DNA from: Eutreptiella sp. 'Long Island Sound 2002'
Lineage: Eukaryota > Protista > Euglenida
Reading direction: 5' to 3'
DNA: 64,000 nt
Assembly (NCBI GenBank): GCA_964036045.1
Contig: OZ038378.1
Span: forward strand, 66,712,001-66,776,000
The stretch's first letter is position 1. Each line of letters opens with the position of its first letter. This document shows positions 35,701-47,500 of this stretch, piece by piece. The position numbers were made by a program, and so were the translations under genes. The notes under the pieces were generated by a model that saw nothing but the letters and a program-made list of their open reading frames with translations, was not told where the DNA came from and ran no database searches.

Positions 35701-37649
35701 TCTGCCAAACATACTTTGTAGTGTTGGCATATTTGTCCCAGCGAGACGTCGCAATCCGCCTGAAGCGTGTGTTGCATCAACCGCACGTCCTTGTCGTAGG
35801 CGGGGCTGGCACGGTACTTCTTGCCTAGGGTCGCGCCTCCAGACATCTTCCTCTGCGGTTCACCTTGCACTGCGCAAGGCGCATGCTTTGGTTTGTCGTT
35901 CACTTTCTCCTTGCCTTTGCGCTTGCTGTTCTTCTTGGGGGGATTCTTTCTGTGCGCCTTGTCTTTCTTCTTCTCCGATATTTCGTGGAAATCTTGGGCT
36001 CTACTTCATTTCGGGTGTTCCTCTTGTAGGTCTTTGGGCTTGGAATGCCTTCTCTTTCTTCCGTCGGCCATGCGGGCTACCTCCAAATAAGTGGTGTGGG
36101 GGCGGCCGTTGGGCTAGAGGCTCCTCCTCCTCTTCCTTTGTCAAACCGCCACTTGCTACATCCTCACTGGCTTCTGCATACTCCGCCACCTCATCGGCGT
36201 CCTCTTCCTCGTCATCGTCTGATGACTCATCTTCCTTGTCTTGTGATCTCTCGCTCATCTCCCACTTATCTTGGATCCATGTCGACAGTCGATGTCGAGG
36301 GATCTGCAAGACATGGAGAACATGTAGGATGGGCGAAGGTACTTCCAAAGGCGGAAACAGAGTCATTAAACCGAAAGTAGTAGAGCGCACTAAACGCGTA
36401 GCTCACATAGAAAAGAACGAAATGTAGCTCCCGACGCATTACAAAGGGGAACGATTTGAACACATGGTACATAGAGAACTACTTTTTGTACTTCATGAAT
36501 CCATCGTTCTTGTGGCGAACATCTTGCACCATTTGCTCTCCTCTTGGTTAACCTTTCAAGGCTTTTACCTTCAACGGCGGGGACATGGGACCGGCTGCAA
36601 CGGAGGAGGACAAAGGGCCCAGGAAAATACGGCACAATCGAACATGACAACCCGCCAAACTTGAACACCTGGTAGCTTGTGGGGTTTGTTAGCCAACATT
36701 CTTTTGCCTGCCGCTCCTTGGCTCCTTTGTTTTTCTTGTTGACCCTTCCGGCATGCCAGCCAGCTGCAACACAGAGGCACAAGGCTGAGAATGGTGCAAG
36801 GGCAGAAGTGGGCTGAGCGCAGCGATGGACAGCAAATAATAGACTCCTGGCTTCATTCATTTGGAATACGATCAAGGCAGCGTGCTTCAACTTCTCCGGC
36901 TGCTTCGAGTCTCCCCGCTTGCCACCCTTTTGCAACCATTGCGAGTGCGTGGTGGGGTAAAAAGGCTAAGGCATGGCTCCTACACCATAAACACAAAGAG
37001 GCCTAACAATTGTGTGCACTAAACCGCTGCAAAACGCGAAGAACATTCACAATGTCTCGAGAGGCAAACTGCGAAGCAGGAAAAAACAACACTCAAAACT
37101 CCCAACACACATGGGTAGCATGGCGCCAAGGCAAATGCAGAGCTGCGAGGCAATTCTACTTCCGTTATTGGAATACCGTGATTTCCCACCCTTCTCAACC
37201 AGTGGGGGTGTGTGATGGGGTACAAGGGCGCAAGCATGGCGCTTGCGCCGTAAAAACGAAGAGGTCGGTCAATTGTATGCAACCAAATGCTACACGGCAC
37301 GTAAAATGTGTGGATTGTCTCAAGAGGGACGGTGAGAGGCACCAAACTGAAATGCGCAGAACGGCAAAACACACAGAGCAGGCGTTGCACTAAGGTAGGG
37401 CAGAGGCTGGAACCAATTCTCGTACGCTCCTCATAAACGGTGTGTGCTAAAGTGATGGTTCCATTGCGTCGAGCACCCTCAAGAGCACCTCAAAAGCACA
37501 ACAAAACATTGAAAACCAAAACGTGCGAAATTTTTGTGTTGCCCGCTCTACGCGTGGTAAACAATTGAATATGGTGGTTGCATGTGAAAGGTATCAAAAG
37601 AGCGTCAAGCCTCATCAATTTGCTATGAGCATTGTGACGGTATGTCCAA

Positions 37650-40300
37650 TTCAATGCCACAACAGCTTAAGTGCAATTTGACAACAACATTGGACAGAAG
37701 AAATAACCTTGTGACAAGGAAAAGTCACCCATGGTAGATACACTAGCGAAAGAAGGATCCATGGTTGAAGCAATTCCACAGCCTCATCCAGGGAGAGTGA
37801 CATGGATTGCACTAAAAAGCACATAGGCTTCTTCTGTTGTGTCCGCACCCTTAGGGGCGGTGAATGGGACCAGATGCAAATAAAATGTTTCACGTGGTGG
37901 ATAATTGAGTAAAACCGAATGGAAAGCTTTTTGAGAGCCAACAGCAGAAAAGAGGGCTTCCCTTGGGGACGATCATGAGGTGAAGGTGTGTAAGAAATGA
38001 GTGAACATGGAGCAACCTCGAATGAAACCCCTCTATTTAATTCGTGTAATCGGACGTGGAAACTACTAGGTGTGAGTATATGGCAAAATAACAAGGCAAC
38101 TTCTGACGAGAAGGCTAAAAGCGGTGTGGGAGGGAGGAGTGGGAGTGGTGGTGGTGGATGGAAAAACCGACGTGGGGGGCGCTTAGGTTATTACAATTCA
38201 ACTCACCATGAGTGCCTAAATTCTCTAGGTTGGAGAGAGAGAACGGCTACTAGCACTTTATCGCCGGTGTTCTCCGACACCAATGGGCGCACGTTGTGAA
38301 TAGTGGTTGTTCCCAATCCGTTTCGGATGGAAATAAGTAGCGCAATCCACCAGTTAGCATTATGGGGGCTTGAAGTGAGAATCTACCAATCAATATCCAA
38401 TGTCGAAGGGGAGAAAGATTTTGGTGAAGCCGTTACAAACAAATGCTTGCACTCCGTCAATGCCGGGCCGCGGAGTGCTGTGAAGAGAGTCGAAAGCAGC
38501 ACAAACAAGATCTAAGAAGAATACTGGAATGAACAGTTGCGTCAGTTCTTCCAGATTTTTCTCCCCGCAAAACATGTTAAGAGTTGAAGAAGTAGGGTGT
38601 TTTTAGCTTACCATGGTCCTCCATTATTTGTAGCCAAAATTTCCGAATTTCCTTGGTCATTGACTCAGGGTCTGTGCGGCAACATCCTCCTCTATTCCTT
38701 GGTGGGTGTAGTGTGCGCTTTAAGTTCTAGTTGTTTGGTAAGTGGACAAAGTTTCTTTCGGTGTCTCCAATGGCTAATGTGAGGGCGTATTATGTAGTGC
38801 TCTTTTCTGCTTGTCCACACCTATTTGACCCGACATGTCCTTTTCTAGGTGCCCTGCGAATGGAGGCAACACTTGATATACCGCTTTAATTTACGTGGGA
38901 GCATGACCCTAGGCCGTGGTAAAATGCCGCGTCTCTCGAGGCATAGCATCCAAATTCGAAGGGAGAGGCAATGCTTGACTTTCAGTGAGGCCGGTGGCGC
39001 GATCGTCGTTTTTGACAAAAGGGGTGGTTTTTGAATACCTGTAGTCAATCAAAACATTTGACTCTATCATGATCACGTGTAATTCAGCCTTTAGGTTGCA
39101 AACTACTTCATCACAAGATGGAAGAGTGGTTGAAAATCTCGATGGCTGCCCTTGTGTGGGGGGCATGGTTCCTAGAGTAAGCATTACAACGTGGTGCTCA
39201 CAATGGGTGACAAAACGACACCACCACCGTGTGATCTACCATTAAAACAATTCATGCGGCAAGATTCTAACAATCCTACGACACTTGTGTGATGGCTAGT
39301 CCACTACATTGCAAGATAGGTCTGGCACAATGATGGTGACGGGTTTAGTGGGTCGGAATCCCCATGTCCAACACTCTAATGTACCCGCGGTTCACCTAGA
39401 CTGGTGAAATTGAGGTTCATTGAGGCGCACCGTCGTTTCACTTCGGCCTGTTTGGTCATTTTTGTGTCTCTTGAAGTCTATATTCCCACCTGTTAGGGGC
39501 GGGCAAGGCAATTTGGACATCCCAAGGGTGATTTGCATACTCATCATATTTGTATTTGACACCAAGCAACTGCCGGACCTCCCAATTCTTGCAAGGCCTC
39601 GTCCTACTCTATTTGAGGAGTTGGGAGGTGTGGGAAGAAAATAGGGCCGCTAGGAAGATAAAGGGGCGGGGGGGGGGCAAACCACCGGAGAAAATGCCTT
39701 TCCTCCGTAGTGTACACTACACGGGTGGTAACGTCCTGGACAACATGGGTCCAGTTGGGTATGATTGGGCATAACCGCAACCTCTCCTACTAGTCCAAAC
39801 TTACCACTCCCAGCGTGTAGGGGAGGTGGCAGAGGATGCCCTTCCTGGACTGAACTTCGTCGGCGGCCAAAATGTGTAGTATGTCCGTACTGCCAATCAT
39901 GGGTTTCAAAGAAGGTCAACCCAACATGTGTGCAAGATCCGTCCAACTTTCCGCTGGCCTGCACGCACAAATTGTGCCCCGCATCCAGTGGAAAGCACAA
40001 GAGGTTCACACAAATACTTAGATGTACCTAGCACAACATGCGATTCAGTTGGTACATCCACCCCTACCCTAGAAGGGTCTTGTGGGCAACGCTCATATGC
40101 ACCTCATCTAGGGAAGAGGAAAGCTGCTCGGCGCGATTGTGTAGAGGCTCGAGGTCGTCACTAGGCAACCCCGTGTCTTGAATTTGAATAAATGAAGTGG
40201 GTCCACGTGGTCGGAAGATACTCCTTAAGACATAGGTCCCGTTGCGTTGGGCTTGCCATGGTGACAAACCTAGACAATTCATAGGTACTTGACTTTTGTG
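37650..40300 (-). mobile_element. Highly degenerate L1-like non-LTR retrotransposon ORF2 (different family from the RNase H LINE)
   Basis: In order on the minus strand: PRPGIDGV (about 38460), VRPLVSENTGDKVLVAVLS (about 38290), *RGFIRGCSMF (about 38030) and GSQKAFHSV (about 37930), i.e. APGxDG, RPLxxxNxxxK, QxGFxxGR and DFxKAFDSV. A possible endonuclease remnant lies near 40000-40300. Confidence 0.6.
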
Positions 40301-40860
40301 GACAAGTTACAGTCCCGTGCAATGAGCTCCATTCTATGAATTGGTTCTCAAATACCCTTGCGTAGGATGCCCGAATTGTCCAAATTTGACTACAATCCCG
40401 TGAACGCAGAAAATTCTTGGACTTTGTTCCCAGCGGTGACGTAAATTCTGATACCTCAATTGGAACGAATGTCAAAAATGATGATCAGACCACCCGCGTA
40501 CAAGAGAGGCAGCATGTGTTCGGAAATGTTCGTGATCCCATGTATCAGTGAGGAAATGAACAAAGCAAAATTTAGCGGGGATAGGCGGCGCCCCATGTAA
40601 ATGATGATTGGGGCGCTATGCAATGTTCATACAAAATTTGCTCCCGGAAAAGAATGCACAAAAGCAACCAAATCAAGCTCTCGTTGAAAGCTAAGTGAAC
40701 ACTAAGTGAAGGTAAGCCGGAAGCTAAGTGAAAGCCGACTGAACCTTTTACTTAGAGATAAATGATCGGTCAGGTAGGGTTTCTGGGGTCGGCTAAGTTG
40801 AAGTAACCGTTGGAACAAAAATTACCCCCACCGATAACTTTCACCGAATACCGATGCATA

Positions 40861-41151
40861 TCACATGGCATGCAAGAACCACAACAAAATTGCTTCCCCT
40901 GTCACCTCCGCATCGATGGCTTGCATCAGCTCCGCCAACTTCTCCTCTTCCTTGGCCAAGTTGGCCTTTGCCCTCTCCACCTCCTCCTCCACGCCCTCCT
41001 TCCCATTGCCCTTCTTCGCCAGCCACTTATCCGCGTGCCTCTTGAAGCGGTCCATCTTTGCTTCCGAAACCGCCCGCTCTACCGCCACCATCCCCGCCTT
41101 GTGCATATGCGCGAACTCCTCGTTCGTCTGTGGCGATGGGGAGGCGGACAT
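40861..41151 (-). pseudogene. Coiled-coil-like ORF fragment, possibly ORF1 of the L1-like element
   Basis: EEEVERAKANLAKEEEKLAELMQAI has heptad-like composition and lies upstream of the L1-like ORF2 on the same strand. Confidence 0.3.
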
Positions 41152-42059
41152 GTTGGGTGGTGGGGACTCTCCCAGTGTTCCCTCGGCGACCAGTGTTGAC
41201 AGAATTGGGGGGGCTAGGGCGACAACACATGTTGGCTAGACTGGCGGGCACAAACACATCGAACTAGGTGATTGAAGTGTACATGGACCAAAAATGAGCT
41301 TCGGCTTCCCAAGTCCATGTAGCCACCATCACCGCAGGTACAGAGTCAAAATTAGCATGTGTGAGACTGTGAAAGGATGAATTTGCATTGATGAGGGTGT
41401 GTTTGAGGAGAGAATCTACCCCAACCTGTCGGGCTTCGGTGACCGTTGGGTGTTTTGGAGGTAGTTGTGGAGCAAAGGAGTTACTTGAAGGGACCACCGC
41501 AAAGTCGTGGTTTCACAAATATATTGTGTAAGGATGCAAGACACCAGGGGGGATTTGATCTCACACCTTCCACTATCGTTGTTGTGGAAAAGCAACCGGA
41601 AAGTGGAACACGCAAAACTGATGTGTCACACCAACGGGGTAGGACCGTGAGGCACAAAGATGTCTATGTTCGAGAGAGCATAACTTCTTAAAATATCATT
41701 GGAGCAATGCGACAGCACCTAACAATACCCCGGGTCCAGCACGTCATCCCAATACCGCAACACCGTCACGTCCACCTCCACCACCACCTCCACCACCTCG
41801 TCCACCACGTCCTCCGGCTCCTCCTCCTCCCTCAACACTGCGGCAGATTTCTTGGCGGTGCCGGGGTGGAGGGGTGGCAAGGGAGGAGGGGGAAGCCGAG
41901 CTCGGGGTTGGAACGCGGGATGGGGCTGGGGTTGAGGTTGTTGGAGCAACTGTATCAGCAATTGGGTCGTTTGGCGTTGCTAAGAGAAAAGGGGCCGCAC
42001 CGTTCTAGCGACGTTCCAACGACCGATCGCATTGCCTAGAGTAGCGCTAGAACGCTTCC

Positions 42060-43225
42060 CTAGATCAACGCTGAGACATGCGGGAAAATAACAGCTCCAT
42101 GATATGTTTCACGAGATGGGCATTTGGATTTGCCATGATGATGAAGAGCGCTTTGTTCAAGCGAAGATTGCATGTGGCCCAGACGCCTCGTCACCTCCAT
42201 GGCATGCCTACCAGAGCATGGAACTTGCGACTGTGCCCCAACATGCACACCCCAAGACAGTTTGATATAGGCAAAAAGCCAAGTCATACATTGTGCTTGC
42301 ACACTGGCCTGCTTGTGGATGGCCGACAATTTACGCCCGGACACCTCATCCAACCCATCCCAGTGAAGCCCCCCCCCCCCCCCCCACCAATTGGTGTGCA
42401 CGTTATGGCCATATTCTAGAAAGTGGTTGATGCTTGCAGAAATGTCGCCGCAAAATGTGGGCAACCCAAATGGCCAAATGTTCTGCAGCATGGCAGCTAC
42501 ATAATGTTGAAGCCTCAGTAGATACCACGATGCGGTACCAAGGGTGCCGTGTCGGCTGAAATCTTCCGCCACTGCGGCAATGTTCAACATATTAGGACCC
42601 TGATATGTACAATACACGGACTGCAACAGGTCCCAGATGTTCGCGACAGCCTTGTACTTTGAAGGACCCCGGCCTAATGCCAAGGCACATGGCAATATCC
42701 GGCCATGCTTCCCAAAAATTGGCCGTTTCTTTCCCATTCGGGGAAGCTGCCACGTAAACACACCTTTGACTCCTCTTGGAGGCCCGGCATTGGACGAGGC
42801 CCGCGTCGATGATCCTCTAAATTAACAATCAACACACATTTTTCACCCCTCCAAGTTTAACCTCGCATCTTTGAACGCAAACAGATTGTCCATACAAGTG
42901 CCCAATAGCGACACAATTGAACCACATCATTAGGCAAATTCTTTTCCCGGAATGGTGTTGAGGTCAACGGGCCGCTGGAAGCCCTCAGCAAAGATGATTC
43001 GAAAATCCAAACCATCTGGAATCGTTTGCAGGCCGGAATGGGGATACACTCTCCACTCTTGCACCATGGCAAAAGGCAGACATAAAGCCTCCATTTTTTT
43101 AAAATGCATATGGGGGGGGGAAGAAGGGGAAGAAGGACAAGAAGAGGAAGAGAGAGAAAGAGGTGGGCTCCGTCTGGGTTCCGGGGGAGCTCCTCTTCTT
43201 CACCCGGGAGGAGGCGGAGTCCCAC
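42060..43225 (-). mobile_element. C-terminal half of CMC/Transib-like DDE transposase
   Basis: SWYLLRLQHYVAAMLQNIWPFGLPTFCGDISASINHFLEYGHNVHTNWWGGGG fits YxH-x3/4-HV...GLxxF...ESxN...HTNxGGG around the catalytic Glu, which has decayed here. A Cys-rich piece lies upstream in 42857-43225. Confidence 0.5.
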
Positions 43226-43619
43226 CTCCAGGAGGCCTCGGGGGACACCGATGGGGACGAAAGGAATGATGAAGGAGAGGGGGTGACAACAAGGGGGAGG
43301 GGGCTAACAAGGGGGGGTGACAATCAGGGCGAGGAGGGGGATGAGGAGGGGGGTGACAAGGGGGGTGAGAAGGAAGGGGACACAGAGGGTGAGAAGGGGG
43401 GCGCCGGGGGCAAGGATGCACCCCGGCAACCATCAGCACACATCCGGGGTAGTCTGCGTACCGCGACTTGCAAAAGGGGGGCTGGGGGCTGGGGAGCTAA
43501 TCGGGCTAACAAGGCTAATGGGGCTAACCCAGCACCAAGTGACCCGGCGCCGGCCCGCAACGTGACCGTCCAAATGACCTATGGGGGGGGGGGGGCAACC
43601 GGGCTAGGGGGCGGGTGGG

Positions 43620-43740
43620 GAGGGTAAATCCCGGTGCTCCCTATGTCGGGTCGAGCATGGCGACCCTGTGATTGGCCACAGCTGGCCATGGTAGCCGGGG
43701 CAGCTTCTCTGTTAGGAGTGGCGGGGCATTAATTCATATC
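43620..43740 (-). repeat. Reverse-oriented copy of dispersed GC-box/CCAAT module
   Basis: The reverse complement reads CCCCGCCACTCCTAACAGAGAAGCTGCCCCGGCTACCATGGCCAGCTGTGGCCAATCACAGGGTC. Confidence 0.75.
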
Positions 43741-45056
43741 CTTGTAGCGACGTTTCAGCGAAGCATTCCAGCGACGTCCTACCGAGTTCTAGCTACGCTT
43801 GATAGAACGAGCCTAGAATGTCGCTCGAACAAAATTTTTTCAACTCGGGATTCACGTGTAAGCAATGAAATTATGAAGAACCAAGCATGGGCCCACGAGT
43901 ACGGATTGGGGGGTCGAGGTTGACACCCTCAAAGTACCCACCACTTGCCCCCAAGGGGGGGGGGTTTACCCCCCCCCTTTTCCGTTCTAGCCTTCTAGCA
44001 CCATCTAAGCTAGAAGAGAATCATATCTTGTAGCTTGTACCTAGAGTAGGTGCTTCAGGTGCGCATAGCATATTTGCCATATGAAACAAACCCCATGATC
44101 TGCATGCTTCAAGCAAAATCCCAAGCCCACGAGTGGGACACGTCTGTTACTCCTGCAGCCATCCTGATTTACATTGCACTACATTCACACTTCATGGTGT
44201 GCTACCTAACGGATCTTCTACGTCTTTCATGACTGTGGCTGGCGATGTACTTTTGCGCTAGCCTGATCCATCGTGCTCCCCCATCATTACATATCCCCCC
44301 TTCGGCAGACCATGGATCTAGGGTTGAAGTCCGGAGATGTTTGAAACGAGAATGAGGCATTGTTTTCCTGAACAAGGAGGCGCCACACGAGTGTAAAGGA
44401 GCGTGCTAGGATGTGCACGTGAAACCGTTGCACTTGAGGTTGAAGAATGTCCGCGCTAGGCCGCCCTCATAAAGTATGTTTGAGCAATGATTTCGCTTTC
44501 CCCATGGGGGTACGGCAGGGGGAGGCAGCAGGAGGGGTTTCCAAGCCATTTGTTCCTCTGCATCATTTTTCGTCAAGCGAGTTGTATGAGAGGGTCGTGG
44601 TCGAGTGGTTGTGCGTTCTACTTTTGGAAACGCAAAAATGCCTCCGTCGAATGCCATACTCACTAACGGCAAAACCCAACGAGCATGGTACTTGTCTTAT
44701 CCGCTATTCTAACGCATGCTACGTCGCGGAGGCTCCGTGCAACCTTCTGAACTTGGTGGCGCAATACCGGGTTGTTGTCCAATTAGTTTACTGGAAGCGC
44801 CTCGCTCAGTGTATGCTTGGGAAACGCGTGTTGGACGTGTAGTGCGCGCCAGAGTTGTTGTAAGTGGGCAATAGCGTGTGTGCGAGAGCGTGAACTTTAT
44901 CAGGGCAAGGGGTCCGTTGCACGTAGTGTCGTGTCATGGTCGGTAATCGTGACGGGGAGAACGTGGTAGTGGTTGTCAATTTTCGAAAGAGGTCCCGTTG
45001 TTTACCATATGGGGAGGTATTGGTGGTTGCTATGGCACGGTCGGCATGTGATTTTG

Positions 45057-46075
45057 TCATGCTCGTTGGTAAGGGGTTCGCTTGCTTCGGTATCGATACA
45101 ACCGAGCGCACTGCGGTATAGGCCTCTTCCGGGTCCGAATCCGACTTCTCCTCGTCCGATATGCCGTCTTCATCGTCGTGGGGTGCACTTCCCACCGATT
45201 ATCTTCGAAAATTTGCGTCGTCGGGCTGGTTACTGTCGCTATCGGCCCCCATTCTTGAAAATCCCACGTCGGCGGGTCCGACCCAACCGGACCATCGTAT
45301 TGGTCCGCGATGTGATCCATGACCCTCGCCACGAACTCATCCTTCTCGTACTTGCCGGTGACCAACATCTTGTCATCCCACCAATGCGGAGATGTGACCA
45401 TGGCCCGCCTCTTCTTGGCTGCCACACGGTCGTGCATCCCCATCCGCATGTAGTTGACGACGTCGTCGATCTCGGCGTGGGACAGGACGTCAATGCCATC
45501 AATAGGCTGATCCGGCCCCTCCTTGGGCTCAAACATGACCTTCATGGGCACCGCCTCCACCCTACGGGTGAATGCTTCATCACCCGTTGGCTGGGCATGC
45601 GCCCCATCCACCAGGAAAGCCTTGGTACCCCACGCTTGACCCGGGGAGGGCATTGATACACCCTTGGCGTCGATGAACAACTCCTCCTCTGGCCCGAATG
45701 ACATCTCGTTCAGGGTGATGGAATCCAGCATCAGCTTGAGACCTTCCAGCGGACGTGGGGTTGGTCCTATGCCGGTTATGACCAGGATCCCCTTTGCCCT
45801 TTCCGCGACGATCTTCTCCACCGTACGTCTGGTATTTTCCAGGGAGCCATGCCAATACATGGGCCCCCACTCCTTCAAACCCCAATGCCTGTGCCAGGCT
45901 GAGTCTCCTCGATGCCAATGCCTCCTACACTTCCGCAAAAGTGGGGCATCCCGGGAAGCGAAGACGTCCGTCTCGGGCGCTTCGGCTCCCAGCGTCTGGA
46001 TCATCCTGGCATACACCTGCGGGGCCATTCAATACTCCGTGAGCTGAACTCCACGGTCTCCTCTGGACTTGGCAC
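45057..46075 (-). mobile_element. Retroelement pol fragment with DIRS-type N6-adenine methyltransferase-like domain
   Basis: TEY*MAPQVYARMIQTLG...ETDVFAS...GDSAWHRHWG...PMYWHG...RRTVEKIVAERAKGILVI fits the DIRS MT pattern (WxLxPxVF, xDLFAS, DA...W, YxFPP, VLxKI...VILI). The segment is GC-rich and mostly intact. Confidence 0.6.
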
Positions 46076-46136
46076 CCACAGCTTTTTCGCACCCTAACCC
46101 CCACCCGCCGCCGCCCTTTGCAGAGCCCGCAGCACC

Positions 46137-47500
46137 ATGCCACGCCGACGGGGGGATGGGCCGGGACACACCAGGGCCCGCCGCAGAGCGCAGGAGGCGG
46201 CCGTCCGGGGCCTGGTGGCGGACGCGGTGGCGGAGGCACAGGCAGCGCACGCTGCCGCACAGTGTGACCTAGCGGGCAGTGCGAGGGCTTTCCTCAACGA
46301 GACCGCCCTCCCGGCCGTCCGCGCCCTGAACGGAGCGGGGACCCCTACGCTGCTCCCGGCAATGCACCGGATCGTGAACGCCGTCCAGCCGGGGCTCATC
46401 AGCCCGGAGGCGGCCCTCTACGGGCACTGGATGGAGTGGCGCGAGTCCAATCGGTCGGGCCGGCCCCTGTCCATGGGGGACACCCTGCGGCTGACGGGAG
46501 CAGGGTCTGCCATGTCCCTCCGCAGCAGCGCCCCAGCCCTGCTGCACGCCCTCAGGATGCGCTACCCCGGGGACGCGGCCCCGTACCTCAACCAGGCGCG
46601 GGCCACGTACCCGGGGGGAGTGTCCGAGCTGGATGCGGCGCTCCACCTTCTACACCCACCGGACGAGGACCTGGAGGTGGGCGAGGTCACGGTGTTCGTG
46701 GAAGGCGCGGACGAAGCGTCGGCCCGCCCTCGGCCGACCAACCCGGTGTACGACGGCACCAGGCCTACCCCCCCGTACGCCATCGTCTGCGAGGCGTTCC
46801 CCAGGGAGCCCACTTGGTGCCCCGCCCTCCCGCCGGCGACGCACGAGCCCCGCAGCTGGGCTAACCCAGACCTGTCCCCCCCCCTCTCCAGAACCAGGGG
46901 TGCCCACCACAGGGGGCAGGTCCTCTGGCAAGAGTGCCCCGGCACCCCCCTGCTCCTCCTCGTCCTCGCGACCCGCGGGGACCCGGGGCGGATCCTGGGG
47001 ATCACCCCCACCCACCTCTATGGGGCAACACCCGTACCCCGCCCCCCCCTCCCGGCGCCCGCGGCGCGGGACGGAGTACACACCTTCCTGCGAACACAGG
47101 AGGTCACCGCCGTTACGGGGGTCCACCTGGTGCGGCTCCCCCCGACAACACTCGACGACCCCCGGGGGCCCAGGGCCCTGGGCCCCGGCCCAAACTGGGA
47201 GCTATGGCGCGAAACGTGGGCCGCGTGGCTCCCCCGCCTCCCCTCCCAGTGCCGGTGGATGGTCGCAGGCCCCCGGCCGTGCGGGGCTGACGCCACAGCC
47301 GGCCCACCCCCTCCCCCCCTCCCTCTCGAAGAGCACCACACGGCACTGCCCACGGCACGGCACTGATGCACCAGGAGGTAGTGGGAAGGGCGCGCCTGCC
47401 ACCACGCATGCCTACCAGGGTAATAGTGATGGAAGACTCCGATGGGTCCCCCCAGCGGGATGACCGCCACCACCGCCGGTCCCGCTCCCGCTACGTTCCA
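46137..47500 (+). mobile_element. GC-rich, young, 5'-truncated ORF resembling the post-RT part of a non-LTR retrotransposon
   Basis: 409-codon open frame. Its end, NWELWRETWAAWLPRLPSQCRWM...PLPLEEH, parallels SWDIWANTWEAWKPKATNRRQM...LQFPHSL of the LINE at 51766-52683. No RT motifs are present. Confidence 0.45.

Noticed and set aside
43099-43627. Acidic/Gly-rich ORFs as a host gene
   Set aside because: This is a purine-rich low-complexity tract open in several frames and sandwiched between repeat remnants.
45580-47473. Alternative-frame and antisense ORFs in the GC-rich island
   Set aside because: They are shadow ORFs expected at high GC. Only 45057-46028(-) and 46137-47366(+) carry recognisable motifs.
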